Positions 48,684 through 61,469 of a stretch of DNA of 64,000 bases are shown here, one piece after another; position 1 is the first letter of the stretch; each line of letters starts with the position of its first letter. A program made the position numbers and the translations under genes. The stretch is from Octopus bimaculoides (lineage: Eukaryota): contig NC_068983.1 of assembly GCF_001194135.2 (NCBI RefSeq), positions 3,197,754-3,261,753 on the forward strand, in the 5' to 3' direction. The notes beneath the pieces were generated by a model. That model had not been told where the DNA came from. It worked only from the letters and a program-made list of their open reading frames with translations, and made no database searches.

Positions 48684-48875
48684 AAGGCGGGGAGCTGGCA
48701 GAATCGTTAGCAGGCCGGGCGTCCATCTTCCCGTTCTAAGTTCAAATTCCGCCGAGGTCGACTTTATCTTTCGTCTTTTCGGGGTCGATAAATTAAGTAC
48801 TAGTCAAACACTGGGGTTGATGCAACCGACTGTCTCCCTTCCCCAAATTTCAGGTTTGGGCCTTTAGTAGAAAGG
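48684..48875 (+). mobile_element. SINE family A copy
   Basis: GGCGGGGAGCTGGCAGAATCGTTAGC head and type 2 tail. Confidence 0.85.
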
Positions 48876-48879
48876 ATTA

Positions 48880-49755
48880 TTCTAACGCTGGAAATGTACT
48901 ACGGTGTCAGCTGTTCACTACAGTGAACTAAGGTAACACCTCTTATTTTTCGAGCACCTTCCGGAGTATTCGAGCGGTTCCAAGCAGTGCTGTTTTCTGA
49001 GAGTGTTCCATCTTTATTGCAGCTCCTATTTGTTCCACGTACCTCTCGAGATTTTTACTCACTGTTCCCAGGGCCCCGACAATTATTGGTACTACTACCA
49101 CCTTTTTCATCGACCACAACTGCTTAACTTCCCAAGCTAACCTGTCATATCTCTCAACTTTTCTTTCTTCCTTATCGCATACCTATTTGTCAGCTGGGCA
49201 TGCTATATCTATAATCCAGCATAGTTTGCTTTCTTTCTCAATTAAGACTATATCTGGCATCCTGTTCTCTATCTCATGGTCGCACTGAATCATAAAATGT
49301 CATAGGATCTTTGCATTTCTATTTTCGATGATGCCTTCGGGCTTATGTTCGTACCAATTTTTTGCTCTGTCAAGTCCATACTTGTTCAAAAGTGTCCAAT
49401 GGACAAGCCTAGCCACATTGTCGTAGTGTTTCTTATATTCCTTCTGAGCGAGTGGCATACATTGGCTGGTAATATGCCATACGGTTTCACCGTTTTGTCC
49501 ACAGATTCTGCACTTATCACTTTCTGCTGTTTTGTCTATTCTGTATTTTATGTAGTTTGTTCTTAGTGCTTCCTCTGGGCAGCACAGATTTGATCCTCCG
49601 TTTCCGGTTTTAAATCACTTTTAGTCATCCACAGCCATCTTTTTTCTCTGTCTGTCTTATCTTCAACATCCCAATGAAACTGACCATGCATTCTTTTCTT
49701 TATCCTCCTATTTTCAGTTTCATTCGTTTTCAATTTCTTGTGTAGTGCTTTATCT
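48880..49755 (-). mobile_element. R4/Dong-like LINE 3' portion (CCHC zinc knuckle plus RLE), frameshifted
   Basis: DLKPETEDQICAAQ; C.IC...GETVWHI.SECT; RHDNVARLVHW; PDIVLIEK; IIDIACP; VPIIVGALG; LLGTARILRKVL; 5' end abuts (ATT)n. Confidence 0.88.
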
Positions 49756-49763
49756 TTGCAATC

Positions 49764-49821
<58 letters not shown>

Positions 49822-50276
49822 NNNNNNNNNNNNNNNNNNNNNNNNNNNNNNNNNNNNNNNNNNNNNNNNNNNNNNNNNNNNNNNNNNNNNNNNNNNNNNN
49901 NNNNNNNNNNNNNNNNNNNNNNNNNNNNNNNNNNNNNNNNNNNNNNNNNNNNNNNNNNNNNNNNNNNNNNNNNNNNNNNNNNNNNNNNNNNNNNNNNNNN
50001 NNNNNNNNNNNNNNNNNNNNNNNNNNNNNNNNNNNNNNNNNNNNNNNNNNNNNNNNNNNNNNNNNNNNNNNNNNNNNNNNNNNNNNNNNNNNNNNNNNNN
50101 NNNNNNNNNNNNNNNNNNNNNNNNNNNNNNNNNNNNNNNNNNNNNNNNNNNNNNNNNNNNNNNNNNNNNNNNNNNNNNNNNNNNNNNNNNNNNNNNNNNN
50201 NNNNNNNNNNNNNNNNNNNNNNNNNNNNNNNNNNNNNNNNNNNNNNNNNNNNNNNNNNNNNNNNNNNNNNNNNNNN

Positions 50277-50700
50277 CACACACACACACACACGCACACG
50301 CACACACGCACACGCACACACGCACACGCACACACGCACACGCACACACGCACACGAACGTACACATTCAGATGTGGAAACACAAGTACACAAACACATA
50401 TGTACTCAAATATACTTACACATAGAGCAAGCAGAAAATACCGGTAAACACACACGCACACGCACACGCACACGCATAAGCGCACATACACACGCACACA
50501 CATCCATACATACACAAGTGTGTATGTATGCGAGTGTGCATTTATCCATGTACGTAAGCATTTACGCACGTGCACGAGTGCAGTTGCGTTTGCGCTGCGT
50601 AATCATGTGTATACGCATGATGTGTGTGTGTGGGAGTGAGTGTATGTATGAGTGTGTGTTTATGTATTTCGTTGTGTGTGCGTGCGTGTTTACATAAGGA
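50277..50700. repeat. Compound (CA/CG/TG)n microsatellite
   Basis: Direct reading. Confidence 0.9.
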
Positions 50701-50817
50701 CTTCTGTGTGTCTATGTAATGTCTTTCATCATCCAAGTTAATAAAATCTGAAACTTTTCATGACATTCCAACAAACTATTCAATGACATCTTCAAGAATC
50801 ATTGAATGTCCTGTGTG

Positions 50818-50892
<75 letters not shown>

Positions 50893-51152
50893 GCGTATAG
50901 ATAGATAGATAGATAGATAGATGGATAGATAGATGGATAGATAGATAGATAGATATGCACGTATGAATTACCTAGAGCGAATATCTTCTCTTAAACGGGT
51001 TGCGTTGTCTACACACACGATAGGAATATTGGGTAGAAATAATCCTACATCAAGCACTGATATCTAATATTCAAATAACATAGTTGGGCTGTGCAGATAA
51101 TACCGAACTAGCAAGGTACCTTAATGTAAGTACCTAATTCAAATGAATGCTA

Positions 51153-51201
<49 letters not shown>

Positions 51202-51329
51202 TATAAATGTCTATATATATAAATGTATATATATATATATCCTTATATGTATGTATATAAATGCATATATATACACATACACATATACATAAATAAGTAT
51301 ATAAATATATATACGTATATATATGTATG

Positions 51330-51365
<36 letters not shown>

Positions 51366-52371
51366 GGAATAAATAATTCACGAGAAAATAATAATTCACA
51401 AAAAAATAATTTCCGAAGATATCAATGACTCTGTTATTATCTAGTGTAACAATTTAAAAATGATAATAACAGAATCAATAATATAGCCGATTGCAGATCC
51501 CCCAAAAACGCATTAAATAGCTGAAGGATTTAAANNNNNNNNNNTAATATAGCCGATTGCAGATCCCCCAAAAACGCATTAAATAGCTGAAGGATTTAAA
51601 TTAATCAAAGGACATACTAAGTATGTCTATCTGCTGGAAATAACAGTCAAAATTCTTATTTAAATTCTTAAAATACACTGATATTTACTACAGAAATCAA
51701 CCATCCGAATGCAAGCGGGCTCAGACAATCTCCCAACGTACATTCAAGTATTTGGACTCACGTGGACCGGTTTCTGCACTGGAAAAAATAGCCACAGCTT
51801 CCTCAGCACGCGTTACCATGTTAGAGACTCCCAACCCGTCCTATTGACTCCATTGTTTATACATATAATACATAAATATGTGTACATATCATACACACAC
51901 ACACACACACTCAAACATATGCATATAGCTGGTAATAGCAATTATATGTGCGCGTGCGCATGTATATGATTGTATGTGTATATAAATGTATGTGTGGTGA
52001 CTGTGTATGACTCTGTATGTGTGTGTGTGTGTGTGTGTGCGTGTGTGTGTGTGCGTGCGTGCGTGTTTGAATGTATATCAGCACTATATGTTTTTTCTAT
52101 GTCTTTTGATGAAGAACACTTCAATAACAAAACTCCTTTCTCAGATATCTTCCACACACAACCCCTATCTCCACCACCTTTCCCCCATGTCTCCGAAGCG
52201 CTCTATCCTAGACCACCCTCATCTAACCCCCAATACCAATTTTAAGAGGCTAAGGCTGTTGATGTATGAAAGTCTGTCAAAACTGAAATCATGATTAATG
52301 GCGATTCTACGTTCCGTTGAAAACTGTACGAAATGCAAGCACGCGCGCGCATATATACATGTATGCATGTG

Positions 52372-52403
<32 letters not shown>

Positions 52404-52469
52404 TACACTCTCTCTTTTCTCTTTCTTTCCTCTCTCTCCCCTATCTCTTTTACACACTCTCTCTTTCTC

Positions 52470-52510
<41 letters not shown>

Positions 52511-52516
52511 ATAATA

Positions 52517-52555
<39 letters not shown>

Positions 52556-52599
52556 TAATTTTTATGGAAACTTGTCAAAAAATGTTCATTTTAAAAATA

Positions 52600-53260
52600 C
52601 CGTGCCTTTTTCTGTCGGTGTGAATACTGATAAAGATGAAACAATCAAAGGGAATTACGAGACTTTAAAATAAAAACTGGCAACTTTTTTCATGACTTCT
52701 TGATGCTATCCTGAACAACTGCGCCAAAATGGCGGAGTTACAAATGAGTCAATTTACACGGGGTCAGTGCCAGGTGTGGAGAGTCATCAAGAGGTTTTAC
52801 AAGACCCTTTTCTTTGCAGGCACAGTTACCTGTTGAGCGTACCTAGGCATGCTACACCCGTCCAATTTACCAACCATACCTGCACTCTATGGAAATGATG
52901 AGTTTTTCTTTTAACAAAACAGTGCCCCGCTCCACAACTGCCAAGACGTGCGAGTTTACCTGGATGAAAATCTGCAAGGTCACTGGATAGGACGAAGAGG
53001 CACAGTTGAGTTCCCAGCAGGGCCTCTTGGTTTAATGCCTGCTGACTTTTACTTATGGGGTACCCTAAAGGATCTCGTATCACAGAAAACTGGCTTCACT
53101 GACGTCTTTTGGGGAAAAACATTGAAACGGCACGAGCAGTAATCCCGCTGGACACTTTGGCCAATGTGGCCGAAGATGTAGTTCACCGTACTAACGAGTG
53201 TCTGAAAGCTACCTCTTTTAAGGGGAGAAGTTAAAGGCAACTTGTATTAATCACGTGATG
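52600..53260 (+). mobile_element. Tc1/mariner transposase pseudogene fragment
   Basis: QNSAPLHNCQDVRVYLDENLQGHWIGRRGTVEFP..P.GL.PADFYLWGTLKDLV matches QDGAPxH...WIGR.G...WPxxSPDL.P.DF.LWG.LK. Confidence 0.8.
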
Positions 53261-53421
53261 TCTCAATAAATTTAGTATTAGAATATTTTTATAAGGTTCT
53301 CTCTTGAAATGTGTATCTGTGTTTCTGTGTTTTGGCTGTGTGCGTGTGTGTGTGTGTATATATGCATGTGTGTATGTATTATTATATAGAGTTATATAAA
53401 ATGTATAGGTGTATAAATATG

Positions 53422-53500
<79 letters not shown>

Positions 53501-54589
53501 AAATACAGACAGAAGTGGAGAAGGGAGAGAGAACTGTAAAAGAGAGAAAGAGATGTTAATTGCCTACATACCTTTAATTAAATTAGTCGTCTTTACTAAG
53601 AATCTAATAGCTGAGGAGACACTCCTGTATTTATTTAAATACGTGGGACCTTCCTGCAGTCCCACGACACACACACACACCTTCATACCTCCCTCCTTCC
53701 TATCTCTTAAAGAATCCCATCTTTCTTCAATTGTTTGCTGTCTCATTAGTTCAAAGCTTCTGTCGGCTACCCACATATGTTGGCCTGGAAAACGGACCGC
53801 TGTTTCCTGTGAATGTCTGTGAATATAGGGGCGAGGACGTTCGGTCTGTCTGCCTGTGTCCCTTTGCTTGTGTTTTTGTGTGTGTGTATGTGCTTAGATA
53901 TAAACGTGTGTGTATATAAATATGCATCAACGTTTGTGTATAAATGCCTGTGTGTGTTTATTTGTGTCAAAATATGTGTATGTGTGTGATTCTAAGTATG
54001 CGCGTGTTTGCGACTACTTACTTTGTGTAAAAGCGTATGCATGAGTGTATGTGTGTGTCAGTGTGTACATGTATGGGGGAGGGGTCAAAACTTTAATAAC
54101 AAAGGCGTACAACACAGACTCGACCTGTTGTCATTGAACAAATTACCAAAGACCAAATAAATCTTCTAACATTAAAAGGGTTCCAAACATGACTATCCCG
54201 TCTTTTATTCAACTATATCAGAGACAAAATTTCCCCTTTATCTTAAGAGATCAGCGTGGTATTAAGGGTGTTCTAGCTGTTATTTCTAGCAAGTTGTAGG
54301 ATTTATCCAATAAAGTTTTGGAATGAGTAACCCATAACGATAGTTTTTCCAGCAATGGCCATCCCGTTCTAAATTCATGAACTGCGTATGCTACACCTTT
54401 TCCAGCGCAAGAGGCTGAGGAAGATGTGGATGCCATTTCTAGATGGCTGTGTGGCTAAGTTAAGGATTTCACATGGTATAGATTCTCTAACGCACCCACA
54501 TACATACACACACACATACACACATACATAGTAACATTGATCATCAAAGCAGTCTATTATGGACCAATAGCCGGATTACTACCCCCCAC

Positions 54590-55355
54590 TTTGAAGGATA
54601 AGCGTTTGCAATCTAGGAATAGGAAATATCAACCAAGTAACTGATGCACAAAAGGGATAGAGATGCAGGAAAAGCAGTAAAATGTGACAACCGATGCAGA
54701 CTTTGTGGAGTTCATACTGAAGATATCAGCCACATGATAAGAAGTCTGAAAATGTCATCATGGTATTATCTACCAATGAGACATGATGTTGTAGCTTGGA
54801 CACTCTATAATTAAATCCGGCGGAAGAATAACCCCGAGGACAAAGAAATAAGAACCCACAGTATGGTAGAAGCCAGAGCCACTCGTAATAAAAAGGAATA
54901 CTGGTGGAATGTTCCAGTGAAGACCCCAATAAAATGTAAGCACAACAGACCTGACATAATGATTTGGGATAGAGAAGAGAATCTGTGCACAGTTGTGGAA
55001 ATTAGCTGCTCAGAGGATCTTAGCATAAAGCTGAAGATCAGTGAAAAAGAGAAGACCTACGATGGACTATTGTGAAATCTAGTTACTCTATTCAGATTAC
55101 AAGTTCAGATTTATACCTGTAATTATTGGGGCACTGGGGTATGTAACACACTGCCTAAGTACCAATCTTAAGAAATTAAGCTTCTCAAAACCAGAAAGGA
55201 GAAAGCTAATTTGAAGACTACAGATCCAAACCATCACTGGAACTGTAAAAATCTGTAAAACTGTCCAGAAGTTTATCATTTAAATATATATGAGCATGTC
55301 TAGATATGCAGCTATATGCATGAGAATACATACATAAAGCAAAACATACAAATCT
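54590..55355 (+). mobile_element. RLE-type LINE 3' portion (R4/NeSL-like)
   Basis: MRHDVVAWTLYN; WWNVPVKT..KCKHNRPDIMIWD...CTVVEISC...EKEKTY; FIPVIIGALG; 3' UTR shared with 15050-15240; a related fragment lies at about 35170-35235 on the minus strand. Confidence 0.85.
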
Positions 55356-56399
55356 GAAGGCAGTATCAGAAGGCACCGTGAGGAATATAAAGGAAATTGG
55401 AATAGAGTACCCAGTAGAATAGAGTACCCAGAAGAATAGAGTACCCAGAAGAACTGTTACGAAAGGTTTGCCTTCTTGGCACGACCAGAATAAGTATTAG
55501 ATAGCTGAAAAGAACGAACAACATTGTCTTTTCTTGTCCCTTTTTGTATCTGTCTGGATGTTTTGCGTTCTTGTCGTATTTTTTTGAATTCCTTTATATA
55601 TATATATGTATATATATTTGGAGAAATTTAGAAAAATAGGAATAATCAGAATGGAAAAGACAAGAATAGTATAGTAGTATAGTACAATAAAAAAGAGGGG
55701 CGGTGTATTGGGGTGCCGAAAGAAACCTGTTTTACAATAATTACCAGTTATACTGACTCATGTATATAGAGGCAGACAGATGTTAATGTATGTTTATAAA
55801 CATATTAATACATATGTGTGTATATATATGTGAGTGTGTGTGTGTGCATGTGCGTGTGTGTACATACACGCATACACACACGCATATGTAATCTATTAAA
55901 CACCTATATAAGTAATACATATTCTAATGCTTTCATATGAAAGAAAGCCCACACACACAAATATAAACATACGCTGGGGGTGGAGTGTATGCTTATACAC
56001 ATCCGTATATGTTAATGCATATGGATATCTTTGGTTCCTTTTTAGCATCATAATCAAGACCATGCTGGAGCACTGTTCTCAGAAACATGAATGCTTTATG
56101 AATGCTAATTTCCGAGGCTCCATTTTTTTTAGTTCGCCCCTTTTCCGTGCACGTGACACCAGCCAGACGATGCGGTCAGATCCGCTTTCGTGGCTGATCT
56201 GGGATTTTAGAAAGAAGCGTCTTTTAAAAGTCTCAGAATAAAGTTTCGTCACCTTTCATAATCCTTTTTGGAAGAACTATGTAGAATTTAGGGCCTTTAA
56301 ATGTGTTTGTGAGGAAAAGGCCCGTTGAAATGTGACAGTACATTCTATTTCTCTTCTTTTATTCCCCTTTTCTTTTTTACCAAAGCAGAACAAAAATCT

Positions 56400-58946
56400 T
56401 GTAAATTATTCACATATAAATCCTTAAAACCCGCTTTCGTGGGCGCGATTTCGTTAGATTAAACCCTTTGACGACGCTAAAGCGGGAGACCAAATGCTTT
56501 GTGATTACAGCTGAAAATAACGATTTTCTGCCAATTGTGAGACAAACACAAAAATACGTGGCCAATCGTTTTAAAGTCTTCTGGAGGTAAAATAAAATGA
56601 AATCTCATTCGTTAAAGCGTACTCGCCATTTCAAAAGGTTAAGGCACACCGTTGCCGTGGTGAGCTAAACAGTGGAGACATTATACGTAGAGGTCTTCCT
56701 AGTAATTTATTTCACCGATATCTTTCAAAGAGCGCCGATGGATGCGAATGATTTTTGCAATTTCTCAAAATGTCCAGACTCCATTTTCTGTAACGACGCC
56801 ATCAACAGCGCTGCATCACTTGTGCAAGTTTTAAAATCCCATCAGCATTGCGCTGGTTTGAGCGTTCGAAACCCTGTACCAAAATCTAAGCCGCCAACAA
56901 ACACCGAGCTTACATCACATGACCAATTTTGACAAAATTGTTTGATGTAATTTTGAAACAAAGCAAAGAAGAAAAAATTGCACAACCTTCAAATGGTAGC
57001 GTGGTAAATTCCTCCAAGAAATGCCCGAAAAACCACCGACACCCGGACACAGTTCAGTCAACAGCTCCCTACACGAGTAGGCTCTGATGGCCCGAAACAT
57101 GACTAAAAAATAACGTCATTAAGTGAGGCTATGGAGTTATTTGCTATGGCTTGGGTCAATAGTGGCTGGAACCTAAATTTGTCTAAGTTTAGGTCCCTCT
57201 CCAGCCACTGAGTTCTTGGGTGGTTGTTGACATTTTCTGATGTTAGGTGAACATGTATTATCAAACATAGACATGCCCAGCTTTCAATTGCTTATGGCCT
57301 GAGGCAAAGTAGAACATTTCGATGGAGGGCCAAGAATACTATGGCATTCAGAGACATTTCATGGTCATTCCCTCAGTTAGATTATAGACACCAACACGGA
57401 TGGCGTGGTTTCTCTTCACCGTAAGCATCACCTCGATGTCGTTTGCAAAGTTACTGAAACTCAGCCAATTGAATAGTTTTTGTGTGTCACCGAAAGTATG
57501 ATGAGGAACAAGCATACACATACATACACCCACACACGCACACACACACACACATATACTGGCAGATGGATAGACAGATAAATATACACATACACACACA
57601 CATACATATAGTACACACACACACACACATACATATAGTACACACACACACACACGCACCTTGATGAAAAGTTCTTATCAAATCAGGTCACACTAACCTA
57701 CTTGTAGACTGTGACACAGATACTTGACCTCTGTTAATGACCTTCGAGTCATTAATAAAGGTCAACCTTCTAATAATCTCTAGGTCCTTTGTTACAGAAC
57801 AGATATAACTGATTGCATCGACCCCAATATATAACTGGTATTTTACAAATCTCACAAAGACAATGGCGAACAGTGACGTTTTAACTCCGAACACCTTTTG
57901 CTAATGAACTCTCGTTACGTAATGAACCAATGAAGGAGCCTCTATGCGGTTGCTTTGTATGCTAGAAATCACTACCATATATCCCTCAACTCAAAGTTTG
58001 CTGGGTCTTTTCACAACCATCGGAGCGCATAGCGCTCCTCACGACCGCAGGTCAGTGAGATGGCTGTGACTTGTAAACAGTTTCGAGTAGGAACCGAAAA
58101 TAAAAAGTATGAACATACAATGCGCATGTCACATCTCGCTTTATCTCACTGTTTCAATTATGCAGATACCACCTTATAAACATAATTGCGCCCTTATTAC
58201 TGTCCTGACAAAATATTGGGCACCTAGCACTTATTAACAACTGTTCCCCTAGTTTCTGCCTTTTTATGTGAACCACTTCGCTTTCCCATAATTCTCTAAA
58301 AATGAACCTGTGTATTTTTGTGGTGGACTCGAGGTGCAATAATTTTAACAACTATATGCAACCAGAGGATATTGATATATGTTATATTAACAGGCGGGGT
58401 GCCACAATTGACTCAAAAAGCATTTAATGTTCTCAGTTCTTTGTCTGTCTATAAACAATTATTCATTAAGATCGCAGCAGGTGTTAATGATATTCTTACT
58501 TAAAATTCATCTGGTGTTGTCCGTTTGTTGTCCCTCACAACTGAGGATATTGTTCATAAATTGAAAAATTTCACTTCAACTGTTAAATCTGTCAACACAT
58601 CAGCAGTTGTTGGATTTATCACCATTGCCACTGCCGACTCATGTCACATAAATGACACTTTTATCAAATCGGGTCTTCTTAAAACAACTGATTTTAAACT
58701 TGAACAGCAAAGATTAAACAGTTTATTATGTGACTTAAATAAAATTATTAGAAATTTAAATTCTACATTATTGAGTCCATGGGCAGTTTCCTGGTATCGA
58801 TGTATTGCTAAGGACCATAAAAAAAGGAGCAGGAAGGATTCCCCCATTGAAGCATCACATAAGATATATGTTTATATGATGGTCTGCATGCCATGTCTGA
58901 CACCATTATCGCGCAGCGTTGCTGCAATTTTCTTGTTTTAATATGA
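56400..58946 (+). mobile_element. Heavily decayed DIRS-order (Ngaro-like) retrotransposon: RNase H, tyrosine recombinase, SGNH hydrolase
   Basis: RH-like KVKAHRCRGELNSGDIIRRG (56635-56700); YR-like LNLSKF...LLTFSDV (about 57170-57245), IGAHSA (58019-58036), KYEHTMR (58105-58125); SGNH blocks downstream; many stops and frameshifts; motifs matched by eye. Confidence 0.5.
58302..58946 (+). pseudogene. SGNH/GDSL hydrolase pseudo-ORF
   Basis: Block I IFVVDSR (VDS at 58323-58331), block II RRGATI, block III AAGVND (GVND at 58480-58491), block V LYDGLH (DGLH at 58878-58889), in the correct order and spacing; two frameshifts and one stop. Confidence 0.7.
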
Positions 58947-59097
58947 AGTAATATTGTATAATATAGTCCAAGATGCACAGTGCCTTGGTAACAGACGAGA
59001 TAGCCACAACCGGAACACCTTTGATCATATGCCTGCTTACCATCAATGACTTGGGGTTAAACAACAACAATATTGCTACGGTAGACCTTCAATATAA

Positions 59098-59285
59098 AAT
59101 GGCGAAGAGCTGGCCAAATCGTTAACACAGAGAACCGCTATTTTCCCGCTTCTTTACGTTTTAATTTCAAATCCTTCTGAGGTTAGTTTTATTTTTCATC
59201 CTTTCGGGGGTCGGTAAATAAAGTATCAGTCAAGTATTGGGGTCGATGTAATCGACTTATTCCCGCCCCTCAAAAATTGCTGACG
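59098..59285 (+). mobile_element. SINE family A copy, diverged
   Basis: GGCGAAGAGCTGGCCAAATCGTTAAC...CATCCTTTCGGGGGTCG...GGGGTCGATGTAATCGACTT. Confidence 0.7.
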
Positions 59286-59740
59286 TTGGACCTTGCAACG
59301 GACTGGAGGACCGTTTCAGGTAATTCTGTCATCTTGATCACTTACGCGCCATGAAAACCGAGTAACCGACCTCATCAGTCCTGGGGCTCAAAACCAGAAA
59401 AAAAAAACCTTTCAGTATAATATTTTCACTAACTTCTTCCTACCATTCCCCCACCTCTCTCTCTCTCTCTACTTTCACTCTCTCACATCCTGTTATTCTC
59501 CCTCCTCCCTCACCCATTCACTCGATCCAATCCCTCCTCCTACTCTCTCTAATCCTAGCCTCTTGGTATTTTATTGGAATTAAACTTGAAATATAACAGG
59601 AAATTGTCTTTAATTAATCAGTGAACAAATGGAAAATTAGTTAATCTGTATCAGCCAGGACTAACCGTAATTATACCAGTAATTACACAAATACTAACAA
59701 CGGCAACAACTACAGCACTTTCAACCTGATGTATTGATGT

Positions 59741-59791
<51 letters not shown>

Positions 59792-60274
59792 CCCCATCTC
59801 TCTCTCTCTCTCTTTCTTCCACATCTCTCTCTCTCTCTCTCTCTGACCCACATTCCATCAGCTCTCGTATGCCCTAGGGTTCGCCTTCGTGTCTCCCCTC
59901 TTCCTCCTATACATGAACACTCTACACGTCGTCACCCCCTCCAACGACGCCCACCTCTACTTAATGACATAACCCTTCACCCCCTCTACTTCTGAACAAT
60001 GACGTCATTCACCCCTCTACACTTCACAATAAATGTTCACCAATTCCATAGAAGAGAAATTGCGAGGGAGGTTAGACCGATCTTGTTTCCTTCAACGACC
60101 CAAAGACAAATACTTCCCACGTGAACAAAATACAATTACACTATAAAGGCTCCAGCGAATCCTCGAACATCTCTCCTGATGAACTTTCATCCACAACATA
60201 CAACATACATAAAACATACAAATCTGCACATATACATACATACAGAAAGACAGACAGACAGACAGACAGACACA

Positions 60275-60425
60275 TCGCTGTGTGGTAAGAACCACATTGT
60301 TCCGGGTTCAGTCCCACTACGTGGTACCTTGGGCAAAGTGTCTTCTACTATAGCCTCGGGCCGACCACAGCCCTGTGAGTGGATTTGGTAAGCGGAAACT
60401 GAAAGCCTGTCGTGTGTGAGTGTAA

Positions 60426-60460
<35 letters not shown>

Positions 60461-60742
60461 TATNNNNNNNNNNNNNNNNNNNNNNTATATATACACTCAC
60501 ACACGACGGGCTTCCAGGTGTGTGTGTGTGTGTGTGTGTGTCTTTGTGTCTGTGTCTGTACTCCTACCATCACTTGACAACCGATGTTGATGTGTTTATG
60601 TCTCCGAAACCCTAGCGGTTCGGCAAAAACAACTGATAGAATAAGTACTAGGCTTACAAAGAATAAGTCCTGGGATAGATTTCTTCGACTAAAGAACGTG
60701 CTCCAGCATGGCCACAGTCAAATGAGTGAAACAAGTAAAAGA
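60275..60742 (+). mobile_element. SINE family B, near full length, with an internal N gap
   Basis: CTGTGTGGTAAG...CCGGGTTCAGTCCCACTAC...GTGCTCCAGCATGGCCACAGTCAAATGAGTGAAACAAGTAAAAG. Confidence 0.88.
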
Positions 60743-60905
60743 ATACACACACACACACACAATCTTGTAACATGTTAAAATATGCTTGAGGCATATTTGA
60801 ATCCATAACGAAGTCATTTACTGTATTTTCTCATGGAGAAAATTTCTCGTCGTAGACAAATAGGAGTAAAGACACCAAATTACTTTGAAGCGCCCTCTAA
60901 CTAGA

Positions 60906-60953
60906 CTGATGCATACATGCATTTCAGAGTGGTTATCTCTTCTTCAGCATCAG
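60906..60953 (-). ncRNA. Type I hammerhead-like motif with a non-cleavable G17
   Basis: CTGATG-CTGAAGA-AGAG(ataacca)CTCT-GAAA-TGC(AT)GTA-T-G-CATCAG: 6-bp helix I, 4-bp helix II, helix III; cleavage triplet AUG. Confidence 0.5.
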
Positions 60954-61094
60954 ATACCAGAAAGGAGAACGCTATGAACTGACAAGAGATGGATATCTCT
61001 TATTATATTGCCGTCACCGTACTGTGACAAGTTGCGCTGATCGGGGAGTCGCCGTAAATAGAATACGGGGGAAAAGCTCTAAGCTATGATGTTA

Positions 61095-61205
61095 TTAAAA
61101 TTTAAAGTCGGTCTCGGCGAAATTTGAACTCAGAACGTAAAGACGGACGAAATGCCACTAAGCATTTTGCCCGGCATGCTAACGATTCTGCCAGTTCGCC
61201 GCCTT
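61095..61205 (-). mobile_element. SINE family A 5' half
   Basis: Minus strand GGCGGCGAACTGGCAGAATCGTTAGCATGCCGGGC...GAGTTCAAATTTCGCCGAG. Confidence 0.85.
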
Positions 61206-61249
61206 ATGAGGAATATCAATAATGATGAGGCTCCAATATGTCTATTGTC

Positions 61250-61447
61250 AGGAAGGCAGTGAACTGGCACAAGCGATAGAACGCTGGGCAAAATGCTTCG
61301 CGGCATTTCGTCCGTTTGAGTTCAAATTCCGCCGAAGTCGACTTTGCCCTTCATCCTTTCGGGGTCGATAAAATAAGTACCAGTTGTACATATGTAATCG
61401 ACTTAGACCCCACGAAATTGCTGGCCTTGTGCCAAAATTTGAAACCA
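61250..61447 (+). mobile_element. SINE family A copy
   Basis: GGCAGTGAACTGGCAC...GAGTTCAAATTCCGCCGAAGTCGACTTTGCCC...GGCCTTGTGCCAAAATTTG. Confidence 0.85.
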
Positions 61448-61469
61448 ATATTTAGGAACTGAAATGTGA

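Noticed and set aside
51477-51600. Exact 56-bp direct repeat separated by 10 N
   Set aside because: Typical unmerged contig overlap across a scaffold gap; not a CRISPR repeat or LTR.
55405-55465. Three tandem GAATAGAGTACCCAG units
   Set aside because: Simple local tandem duplication with no spacers; not CRISPR-like.
57084-57105. CTGATGGCCCGAAAC, hammerhead-like words
   Set aside because: A9 is missing, there is no room for helix II and no helix I; probably chance within the DIRS-like relic.
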